A stretch of 64,000 nucleotides of DNA from Neodothiora populina. Taxonomy: Eukaryota. Below the pieces are notes generated by a model that searched no databases, was not told the DNA's origin, and worked only from the letters and a program-made list of their open reading frames with translations. The translations under genes and the position numbers were made by a program. Below are positions 35,749 through 46,769 of this stretch, one piece after another. Each line of letters opens with the position of its first letter. The first letter of the stretch is position 1. The DNA is taken from the NCBI RefSeq assembly GCF_041146345.1, contig NW_027191402.1, positions 682,001 through 746,000 on the forward strand, written 5' to 3'.

Positions 35749-36495
35749 TGCTGGGTGGGTCAAGCGATGACTATGAAGACAGGAAGGCACGATTTACCAC
35801 ATTTAACAACTCTGCTGCGAAACCGGTGAAAAGAAAGGGGCTTGTCGGCCTGTTGGGACACATGTCGGAGTTTACCTTATTCTTTTTTTTCCTCCTTTGC
35901 TTTTCGTACTTTTTTGCGCGTTTTGATATACCACAGCGCTTTTGCTTTTCCTTGACTTTTTCTCACAGCTAACAGTCGCTGCTCGGGAGGTAAAATATAT
36001 GATGAACCAAGAGACGGATGCATGCACCAGGGTGAGAAAGATACCCTCCCGTTTTATCTCAAAAGAAAAGACATAATGACCGAAAACGAAATGGTACCCA
36101 TGACACACTCTCATCCAACTCTACATGTGCACTTCTTTTTCGCGTTCTGTCTCGACTGCAGGCATGTTACCATTTGCGACGTCCTTCTTTGCGACTTGCA
36201 TGTATGCTTGTCATCAATGGTTTGTTCTCGGTGCCTATGTTTGGATAGAAGAGCAGCAGCAGTAGACATGGCGTGATGTATATTGGAGGAAGATAATGGA
36301 CCACGGGAGAGTCTCGTTTTTCTCGCTGATCTTCCATTGTTGGTTTATATTGTTCTTCTGTCGAGCAGTACATTTCCGGCGTCGGTATTGACACGTCGCG
36401 TGGTATCGATGCTTCCCCTCGGCCTTTTCGTTATATCTATACAGTAATTTCCAACAGATTTGCCATTGTTGCGCCTGATACCAACCACGCAACGC

Positions 36496-37172
36496 TTAAG
36501 ATCTTCCACCCCCAAACAACGCACTAAACAAACTCGCGCCAGACCCGCCCCCAGCACCCCCCTCGCCCCGTCTCTTCGCCTCCCTCTCGATCCACTCAAT
36601 CAAACACCTGCGACTCCTCAAATCATCCAGCTTCTGGACCCTCGTCTCAAGCTGCGCCTCCTGCCTATCAAACGCCATAAGCGTCGGCACAGAGGTGATC
36701 ATGTAGCGCATCGCCAGAGGTCCTATCGTCGGAGCATCGATCTGGATCTCGGCGAACGAGACCGAGGTGGTCGGTGATTCGCCTGTGCCGGATTTTATCA
36801 GGTCTTGGACTAAAGGGGAGATTTGGGCGCAGGAGGAACACCAGGAGGCCGTCCAGAGGGTTATTAGGGGTACGCGCGACGAGGCGGAGAGGAGGTTGAG
36901 GGTGTTGAATTCGTCTTCTGTTCGCACGCTAGGGGGTGGGTTTCTTGTTAGTTGGGTCCGATCGTTGGTGTTGTCGAGTCAGGGGGGAAGGAATGAGTGG
37001 GGAGAATCACTCACGGGTTGTATATGCGGTTCTTTTCTTTCTTGGGCGCCGTGGTGCTGTACGATGCCGCTGCTGCCGTCGAGGATCTTGATATTGTCAT
37101 CGAGCGAGTAGCGCACAGCAGGGTCGCTGTCGCGCGGCGTCTCTGCCGCAGTAATGATGTCGAAGCTGTCAT
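36496..37172 (-). CDS. Thioredoxin-like protein, probably mitochondrial; exons 37172-37015, 36928-36496
   Basis: Arg/Ser/Thr-rich presequence-like start, NRIYNP|VRT across intron 36929-37014, WTASWCSSC active-site motif, ITSVPTL cis-Pro motif; start codon uncertain. Confidence 0.82.
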
Positions 37173-37981
37173 CGTATCTATCAATTGGTCAAGATGTGCG
37201 ATTGGAGAGTGATACAAGATCTTTTACATGTAAGTAGAGGTAAGGCGAAGAAAACGAGCTGCACGATTTGGTGTCTGCTGTGTCGTGCTACGTCATTGCC
37301 AACGGCGATCCTGTCGGAGAGCAGAGATGATCTTGAGATAAGATATGCCTGATTTGGTTATCAGGGTGGATGCTTGTCACTGAGCCGAGATTGCATCAGG
37401 GAATATAACGTCGCGTTCGCTGCTATGAACGACTGACAACGGACAGTGCCCAGCATGCTAGACGGTCGACTGCCTTCGCTGTACTGTAATCACAATCCAA
37501 TTCGACTCCACAATGCTAAGACCATTTGCATTGCTATTGAGCCGAGGGGTTGATCAGCCAGTAAATTGACTGACTGTTCCCCGCATTTCCCTACCTCATA
37601 TCCAGGCACAAGTACCAAGTGAACCATTCCGTACCATGAACTCGTAGCTTTCTCCGCATCACCTCAAGTCCCTCAAGTCAACCTACGATACATTCCTATG
37701 GTATTCGGCACGAGTAATACCGAGAAGGCTTCGCGTAGCAGCAACAGCAGGAGGACCGAAAGAACTCTTTGCTGCGCTGCAGATCGTTTTCTCTTTGTCG
37801 CTTTCCTTTTCTCCAACGGAAGGCAAGGTGGCTGTTTTGCCTCCAATCACAGGTGCAGCTTGGGTCTGATTATGAGGGCGTGCTTTTCTCTTTGTGGGTG
37901 TGCATTGCAGTAGTGTACTGTATTGTACCTTGCATCGCTTGTGAATCTTGATGGTGATATGTGTATGTTTTTATGTTCATA

Positions 37982-37990
37982 TATATAAAA
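37982..37990 (+). promoter_or_regulatory. TATA box of GH28 gene
   Basis: TATATAAAA about 55 nt upstream of ATG 38043. Confidence 0.55.
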
Positions 37991-38042
37991 GGTATGAAGC
38001 GAGGTAGGTCCATGTTTCTGGTCGCTCAACTCGACCTCCAGT

Positions 38043-39412
38043 ATGCTTCCACTAAAGTCACCACTTCGGACAATCCTGTCCCTGCTGCCAGCACTCGCCT
38101 ATGCCAGCGATGGCGTGCACTACAGCTCCTCAGCAGGACGAAAAGTCTGTACCGTCAACGCAAACGGAGGCAACCAAAGCGACGTGACGAACATCCTGAC
38201 CGCATTCGACACATGCGGGAAAGGCGGCGATATCATCTTTCCCGAAACCGAGAACTACTGGATCGACCGCAAGCTCAACCCCGTCGTCGACGACGTCCGC
38301 ATCCAATGGCGGGGGATCTGGACCTTCTCGCCTGACCTCGAGTACTGGCGCGCGAACCACTACCCTATCGCGTTCCAGAACCACGGCGCCAGCTTCGTGC
38401 TCACAGGCGGCCATATCCAGATCGACGGGTACGGCACGGGCGGGATCCACGGTAATGGCGACGTGTGGTATACCGCCGAAGCAGGCGACACGCAGCCTGG
38501 CCGGCCCATGCCGTTCGTGTTCTGGAACGTGTCGGACGTGACGGTCAAGAAGTTCTTCGTCAAGGATCCTCCATTGTGGAGTGTTAATATCATGAACGGC
38601 ACGGACATGTGGTTCGACGAGCTGCATTGCAATGCTACGGCCACGCGGGCGCCGTATGGATCGAACTGGGTGCAAAACACCGATGGCTTCGACACCATGG
38701 ACGCGCACAACATCCGATTGACCAACTTTGTTTATCAGGGAGGTGATGATTGTATTGCGATCAAATCGAGGTCGTATAACGTTTTTGTGCAAAACGCCAC
38801 ATGCAGAGGCGGCAATGGCATGGCGATCGGGAGTCTGGGCCAGTATCTCGAGGACAACACTGTCGAGAACATCGTCATTGACGACGTCAAGGTGAGAAAA
38901 AAGCCCGATAACATCTTTCACTGTATGGCATAGCTGACGGAGCGGCCGCAACACAGATCATCCGCTACAACGAAGACATGCACAACAGCGCATACATAAA
39001 AACCTGGGTGGGAGAACTCGTGCCGCAACCAGACTCATACGAGAGCGCCTACGTGCCTCGCGGCGGCGGCTGGGGCAGCGTGCGCAACATCCTGTTCTCC
39101 AACTTCCTGGTCCACGGCGCCGACGCGGGTCCCTCGATCACGCAGAACAACGGCGCGCTGAAGAACGGCACATACTCCGGAACCAGCCTGATGGGAATCA
39201 GCAATGTCGCTTTTGTCAACTTTACCGGATACCTGAACAATAAGCAGAAGACGGCCAGCGTGGGTTGCTCGACGGTGCATCCGTGCTATAATATCGAGTA
39301 TGATAATGTCACGCTCACTGTCGCTGAGCACTCGACGAGTACGGGATCGTCGAGCTGTAGTTATGTTTCTCCCGGTGGAGTGCACGGGCTGAGTGGGAGC
39401 GGATGTGGGTGA
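38043..39412 (+). CDS. Secreted glycoside hydrolase family 28, exo-acting RgxB-like pectinolytic enzyme; exons 38043-38891, 38957-39412
   Basis: Signal peptide, NTDGFD, GDDCIAIK, GNGMAIGSLGQY, YIKTW; intron 38892-38956. Confidence 0.9.
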
Positions 39413-39642
39413 GGCTTTTTGAGAATCTTGTCGTGTTCGTGTGTTTGGTGGGTTTCTTTATGTACAAAGAGAAATAAGGGAGGGGGTATCTGTACATGGG
39501 GTATAAAAATTGTTATGTTGCCCGAGCCTCGTTTCTGTTCGAGACAGGTCTGTCGTCGTAGTGTGAAACATCCCTTGACCGCTGCTGAAGCAAGTGCAGG
39601 GAATTGTCGAGATGAAGGAAAGAAGAGCCTGTGATGTCCCTT

Positions 39643-40083
39643 CTACTCGACCTCTCCATGACGACTCCTCTCCCGTTCCCTCTCCTTTTCTCTCAAGCTC
39701 TTTACAATGACAGTCGACTTCCCCTCTCCTTCTCCCGACGACGAGGAAAACCCCATAACCTGCGCGAGCAACCCTGTCGGCTTCGGAACAGGACACTCCC
39801 GGGCAGGCTTACTACCCAAGACCAACTGCTGCGCCTCATCTTCACTTCCCCCCAACGTCGTTGTCGTCGTCTCAACGCTGGCCCCCTCTTCGTCGACAGC
39901 GACTCTCCTCCGCCGCCGCCTCTTGTTCTGCTGCGGTAGCGAGCTGCCGTCTTCGGCGAACTGTCGACTGTCTACCGGACACGGCAGGATGTGGGGCGCG
40001 CCGACCACGAGAAAGGATATCGTCAGGCAGGTTGTGAAGAGGGACATTGTGGAGCGCGAGCGTGGGTGCAGGTGGGCGACCAT
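39643..40083 (-). CDS. Coa2-like small mitochondrial protein (cytochrome c oxidase assembly factor 2 family)
   Basis: ATG 40083: HLHPRSR..SLF.T.L.ISFLVVG.PHILPCPV resembles the Coa2 hydrophobic segment ending LPCP; RECPVPKP.G motif. Confidence 0.6.
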   Translation of the reverse strand: MVAHLHPRSRSTMSLFTTCLTISFLVVGAPHILPCPVDSRQFAEDGSSLPQQNKRRRRRRVAVDEEGASVETTTTTLGGSEDEAQQLVLGSKPARECPVPKPTGLLAQVMGFSSSSGEGEGKSTVIVKSLREKERERERSRHGEVE

Positions 40084-41164
40084 CTTGGATTTGTGGTTCG
40101 GGATGTGGAGGTCGAGGAGGTTGATGGGTAGTCCCGGACTAGGAGGATTATAGGTGCCGACGCTGGTGGTTGCGCGCACTGTTGATTATTACTGTTCTTC
40201 GAGTAGAGTATTTGGGAAGGGTTTCTCGGGTATGGCCCTAGGATTGATCGTATCTTGGGGGAGGGTGTGTGTGGTGGCTCGAGAGTACAAGTAGGTGGGG
40301 GGGTGTCGGTTGATTGCGGGAGCATGGATTGAATGAGTAGATGGCTCTCTGTATTGTAGTTGCTCCTCTGTGGTCTTCCTTGTCTTTCTTGAATGGATTT
40401 TTGAATAGTCAATGTGGTGCTGGGACAGTGGCAGGATTGCAGACTGTTAAGAGGGATTGAGGTATAACAACCTTTGCGGCCTGTCGCCAATATGCAACAT
40501 CGGCGGAGTCTTGCGCCAAGCCGGGCCAACTATTCTGTCATCACCGCTACTACGATCCCTGAGTAATGCTGTCGGCATGCTCTTGGCCGCACGAGTCATC
40601 TCATCTCTGCTTTCACATGTCAGTGTCCTTCGTGTCCTGCCAGCCAAGTGGATCTTCAGGAACACCGCACAACTACGTCAGAGTCGCGTCGAACAGACAT
40701 CACCAATTGCAGCATTGTCATTCGCTGCGTCTATAATTCCTCCTGGGGAACCGCATGCATGGAGCTCTCCTCTGGCTCCTATGGCAGGATTTCTATATGT
40801 TCATTGTGTCGCAATCGGTGGTCAGAACACGATCAGACGTTTCGTGGAGGTTACCTGACCTTAATGCATCACTCATTTCATCCTGTGAATTATGAAGACA
40901 ATCCCCCCTCCGCGGGAAGTTGCAATCACATGCCAGACGTATTTTTGACGCTGACAAAACGTCATTGTCCTGTGGTCGGAAACTTCCCTGGGGTCAGGTA
41001 CCTTGCCTACAGTAGGTGCGCTAGATCAGGTGGTATTCCTCTGCTCTATTCAATTGACCTGCCGTACCGTCATTAAGTTCTCTCTGTCCATTCCATCATT
41101 CCGACCACTCTTTCCATCGTTCTTGCACATCATCCCGTACATCATACATTCAGCTCACACAAAC

Positions 41165-42157
41165 ATGCCGTCTACCATACATGTCGACGAGCGGAATGGC
41201 CGTCTCAATATCGATGGACGTGTCGGCAACTTGGTGCAGAACGTGAAAGAAGAAAGCATCCTGGCCGTCGACACCATCAAATCCACGCTGCCTGACAAAA
41301 AGGGCAACCTCTACAGCGAGGAAGAAAAGAACCAACTTGGTCTAGGAAAGGACATCAGCCACTACCCACTTCACAAACCCTATAGTATCTGCCTCCGTGA
41401 AGTACCCGTGACGGCTGAGCGACGTCCATACTTTCCCAGATCTAACGACAGGCTGATTGATGCTGGCACCGCTCGATCCAACATTGCCGCCTCGAATGAG
41501 GCTCCTGACGGCACCACTGAGGGCAACTGGGCCGAGAAGCACGAACATGAGACAGTGAGCCCATGGTCTCCTTCTGATACCGGACACACAGACCTTCTTA
41601 CATACATCTAGGTGGTGCAACAACACTGTGCATACTGGGACAAGGACCACGACGGCATCATCTGGCCACAAGACACATACAACGGCTTCCGAGCCTGGGG
41701 CTGGGCGATTCCTCTCTGCCTCTTCGCCACCTTTGTCATCAACGTGAATCTCAGCTACCCGACCGTACCCAGCTGGATCCCGGACCCCCTCTTCCGAATC
41801 CACATTCCAAACGTGCACAAGGACAAGCACGGCTCCGACTCGATGACATATGACTCCGAGGGCAGATTCCGACCCCAGCAATTCGAGGACATCTTCGCCA
41901 AGTACGACCGAGGCCACAAGGGCGGCTTGGACTTTCAAGACCTCGCGAGAATGTGGAAAGGGCAGAGGATGGCTTTTGATTTCTTCGGGTGGAGCGCGAC
42001 TCTGCTCGAGTGGCTGGCCGTGTATCTGCTTCTCTGGCCCGAGGACGGCATCGTGCGGAAAGAGGATATCCGCAGGATCTTCGATGGTAGCATATTCCAG
42101 CACAAGGCTGATGAGTATGCTGCGAAGCAAGACAAGAAGAGCAAGAAGCTCTTCTGA
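41165..42157 (+). CDS. Caleosin / peroxygenase (lipid-droplet EF-hand heme protein); exons 41165-41554, 41612-42157
   Basis: QQHCAYWDKDHDGIIWPQDTY (His + EF-hand), proline-knot-like SYPT...PDP, HKDKHGSDS.TYD.EGRF; intron 41555-41611. Confidence 0.93.
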
Positions 42158-42277
42158 GGCATCACTGTAGCATACACGCTTACGAATCATGGTCTGAGAA
42201 GATAGACCTGATGTAGAACATAATGTATTGATCTATCATTAAACGCTGCAAAGGCTCAGATGCATCCTTTCTGGACT

Positions 42278-43855
42278 CTAATTCCACTCCCCGACAACAC
42301 GCTTGATGTACTTCATAAACTTGAAGAAGCCAACAGCATACTCGACATTACCATACGGATCCGTCACGCGCTCAGGCCAAGCGATGCCAGCACCATAAAG
42401 CCCCGGCACTTTGTCTCCTTGTACATCAGCAAATCCTCCAGTCTCATGATTATAGCTCTGCTCAATGGCCTTTCCCTCACTAGTCTTCAGCTCCGGCGAC
42501 GGATCCCGGATGTATCCAATCGCCTGGATATACCTCTGACACTGCGGCAAATGCCTCTCGTACGTCTCGACCTCATTTTCCTTCTTGTACTCGATCTTCT
42601 CGACGACGCGACTCACAGGCGACGAGGCGAAGACGTCAGGCTCGAGGTTCGCCTTCGCCCACGCCGCTGCCGCGCCTTTGAGACCCGTGTTGTCGCGCAG
42701 GATCCAGCCGTCCATGTACTCGGCGTAGCGCAAGGGATGGCGCGTGAACCATTTGATGCGCAGGTGAGGGTGCGTCGTGGCGGTCAGGTTGAAGAGGTTG
42801 ATCAGCACGAGGATGGCGCTGTGCGAGGCGCCTATCACGGCGACTGTTTGAGAGGTTGTGGAGGGGAGTTCTTTTGCCAGGATGGTCGGGCTCAGGGCGT
42901 GGTCTAGTTCGAAGGACTCGAGGTTGGGGATTGTGACGGGGAGAGTTTGCGAGTTCGGGGACGAGCCCGTGCAGAGGATTAGTCTGTCCGTTTGCGCTTT
43001 GGGCTGTTGTGATGATGAGCCCTGCAAGTCGACTGTCCAGGTGTTGGTGGTCGAGTCGAGAGTGGCGGATGATACTCGTCCCTGTCTGCTCTCTACCCCG
43101 GGTGTCGATCGTAGACCGTCTGTCAGCATCAGACACATGTCTGCTGCATAGCCTAGCTCACAGCCTTTGTCTTGAGGCAGCTTGCGGATATAGTCTATGG
43201 CGTGTGGCGAAGGGGTTTCCTCTAGCACTTTGCGGAAGGGCGCTGTGGCCTCGGCAAAGTCTACGAAGAGCTTGACTTTGGTGTTGCTGTGGACAGAATC
43301 GTCAGCATAGAACTTCCACTACATGCTCTACCGCGACATACCTAGGCACTTCTCTATATGCTCGATTTACTCGACCCGCTTTGAATTGATCGTCTACCCA
43401 TAGCAATGGCTTCACGTCTCTTTCTAGCAGGTTTCCAACGACCTACTTCACGATCAGACATCTTCCATTGATCCAACTCTGGTAACATGGGAAAGTGAAC
43501 ATACTGTGATACCGGCTGGACCGCCACCCACCACCACAGCGGCGTACTTTGTCCTTTGTGCGGAAATCTCGGAGGCGAATCGTCTACCCATGATGCTATT
43601 GTTCTTTGCGTATACTCCAGGAGCTACAAGACGAGAGACTGTCCTGGCCTGGCTATACATGCTCCTGACGGGGACCTCGGGGAGGTGCACTGCAGCAGCA
43701 CCAAACCCCCCACGGCGACCAGCACATGTCCCCGCAACCCATGATAGCGATGTGCGCGCAGATGCTATCGATGAGAAAGTCCGGTGTGCATCATGATGAT
43801 TGACCCTAGCGCGCACGAGGACGCTGGTGGCTGCGTGGACATTACGGGGCGGCAT
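42278..43855 (-). CDS. FAD-dependent pyridine nucleotide-disulfide oxidoreductase-like protein; exons ~43855-43505, 43442-43342, 43286-42278 (start uncertain)
   Basis: VVVGGGPAGITVVGNL, YREVPSNTKV rebuilt across introns 43443-43504 and 43287-43341, LCTGS, VIGASHSA, RDNTGLKG, GLYGAGIAWPE. Confidence 0.85.
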
Positions 43856-45018
43856 TTACAGAAAGATATCGTTAGATCTATACCAAAAGAACCGTCGTCT
43901 ATCGCATGTGAAGGAAGACAATAAACGCCGCCAAACACACCCCCCCCCCGGTTTTCTCTATGGATCACTCGCGATAAGATAAAGAAAAAATTGCCGATCA
44001 CGCAAGCGGACCAGGGCCCGGACTGGCCCAGCCGTCTCTGATTGGTTGGAGACGGCCTTCTGCCCACGCGGCTGTTCATCAAGGTGTTTTACGACTTCCG
44101 CCAGCGATACCCGGCCACGACAGGTTCTATACCTCCTGTGTGAGGACCAGCGCTGGTCCACTCAGATAACGCGTAATGTGGTCCAATCGAAGCACTGTGA
44201 TTGACATTCGTATGAGGGCGAGGTGCCCGATGATAACTAGCAGGCATGATTGTGGTCGGCGACCATGCCTGTCCGCACGCACGTGTGGAATGATGCGGAC
44301 GGGGACCTGTTACAGGTCACAGGCGTTTATTCAAGTCGACCCCTGTCCCTGTTCATGAAAAATTCGTACTCAGTACCTTGACCATTGATGATATGATCTC
44401 GTGATCTTCTCTTGTATGTCAAGGACATGGAAAATTGTATTCTTCGTTACCTGTACAGGTATGATATAGCACCATGAACATGATGGTAGCGGTGGACGAA
44501 CAAAGTCACTGAACTCACTCGGACTGCTGCTCCGGAGAGCAACCCCATCAGCCAGCCCACACTTAGAAACCCTCAGGCGTCCTGCGAATGTCTCTGCTAG
44601 GCATCCAAGATGCCAAAAAGTACGATCTCAGTCCAGGTACTCATTGTATGCAGTATGGCCAGTTATTCCTTGATATGCTCGCACTAGGCATACAAGAACA
44701 TCAAAGTACACACTGTTAGAGCAACTGTGAAAGCGCTCAGCCACAGCCTGTCAGCAGCGCACCTCCAAAAGTGTGCTCGTACAATTATCCCAAACAGGAC
44801 TAGTGGCTGCCGTCCCAGAATCAACCACCACCGTCACTTGGAATCCTTCGCCGGTATAACCACCGAGTCGCGAGCGAGGTATTTACACGTGGAACATGTA
44901 GCATCGCAATTGTTTAGCACTGCCACATGGCACCGTATCTTACCCATAATTGCTCTTATTGTAAAGGCTTCGCTCACTCTGAACAGCACATTCACGGACT
45001 CGTGCCTCAACAATTAGC

Positions 45019-46769
45019 ATGGAAATCACATTTGCAGTCAACAGTAATGCCAATTCGAAGCGTAGATGTGGTTCCAAAGTGAGAACCGGATGCGCTTTCT
45101 GCAAGTAGGTCACGCACTGTTCTGTGTCCTGCTGGCATTTCCATCATAATCAGGTGGATCTGTCGCGTCGGACTTGTTACCCCATTTGGCTATACACTCT
45201 GGTCAGCATTGAGAGACTGACGCTTCCACCAGAGCGCGTCACTTGAAGTGCGATGAGCAGAAGCCTGCTTGTGCGAGGTGTCTAGCCTCGGGGAAAGAAT
45301 GCCCAGGCTACGATGTGTTTCGCGTGGTTCAGAGCAGGAGTACGTCGACGTCTAGTGCATCGACATCATCCAGTCTGTCGATATCCAGAAGTCCATCCCC
45401 TATTCTACCAGATGCGACATACCAGGAACGACAACAATTTCATGTCTTCCAGGGCTTCATTGTCGGGGGCTTCTGTGGCATGTTTGATGGGCCGTGGTGG
45501 AGCCCTTATATCCTCAAGGCTGCAGTCGCCGAGCCCATGATCCTGCATGCTGCTTTGGCATTTGCCTCTGCCAGCAACGAAGGAGGTGGCGGTGATGTCT
45601 TCGCCATCAAACAACAGAACAAGGCCATGACCCGCCTCCATAGCATTCTGGCTAAAGCGGATGAAGAGAACCCTGTCATGCTGTTGCTCGCTGTCATGTT
45701 GCTAGCCTGCCTGAGTTTTGCTCGCAACGAACCAGAAGAGGCCATCCTCCATCTTCAAGGCGGTGCTGCCATTTTGGGAAAGATAGACAATCATCGACCC
45801 AGTTTCGCTTCTGGACCCACGACGGAAGGTGCAGAGAGCTGTCTCGTCAATGCCTTTCGGCGTTTAGACATCGCGACGAGTCTCTCCATGACCAGTCGCC
45901 CCTTTCCAGACTGGTTCTCTCGGTGGATTGTGAGACAACGACTCAACGCGAGTCCAGGGGCAATTGCGCCAGACAGCTTAGTTGTTCTGCGAAACAGACA
46001 AGACCGGTGGACCACGGAGGTTGTGTGTCTGCGGCAGGCCATCCAGAAATTAGGAGGCATTCCGTTGCACAACAACACCTACCTGCAGCTTCAATTACGC
46101 GAACTAGACGCAGCTGGCGAGCGGTGGCGGGTCGCGCTCGACCACGTCACCACCCAAGACATCCCAAACATAAAAGATCCAGAACTAAAGGAGAACGCCA
46201 TTCGTGCGACGACTCTTCTCAAACTACAACACATATCCGCCAAGATCATGCTCGCCACGGCACTGTCCGACGGCCGGGAAACCGACTTCGACGACCACGT
46301 GTCCGAGTTCGACACCATTATCAACCTGGCTACGAAACTGGCACCATATTTCCAAGCCAGACCGACATCTTTCACGCTCGACGTCGGCGTGATCCCAGCG
46401 CTGTACTACACGGTGACCAAATGCCGAGACCCGACGGTCCGCCATCGCGCCCTGGATCTCTTGTCCAGCTTCAAGCACCGCGAGGGCGCCTGGGACGCTC
46501 GAGTCTCGGCACGAGCAGCGCGCATCATAATGGCAGTGGAAGAAAACGCCGCGACCGCCGCGTTGATTTTTCCGCCTTTGTCGCCAGTGGTCGACCAGAA
46601 GAGGAAGACAAGCATCACGAGCGCATCTGACATTCCGGAGATGGTCAGGTCTTTTGAAGCCTACTTTGACGAGGACACGGGCGAAGATGTAGTCTATATG
46701 AAACGCAAAAGATTCGAAGGCGATGGCGACTGGTTTTACTGGGAGGAGAGAAGTCCCATCCTTGACTGA
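45019..46769 (+). CDS. Zn(II)2Cys6 transcription factor; exons 45019-45104, 45233-46769
   Basis: KVRTGCAFCK|ARHLKCDEQKPACARCLASGKEC rebuilt across intron 45105-45232; C-terminal F.LD.GVIP.LY...KCRD..VR.RA..LL...REG.WD. Confidence 0.9.
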
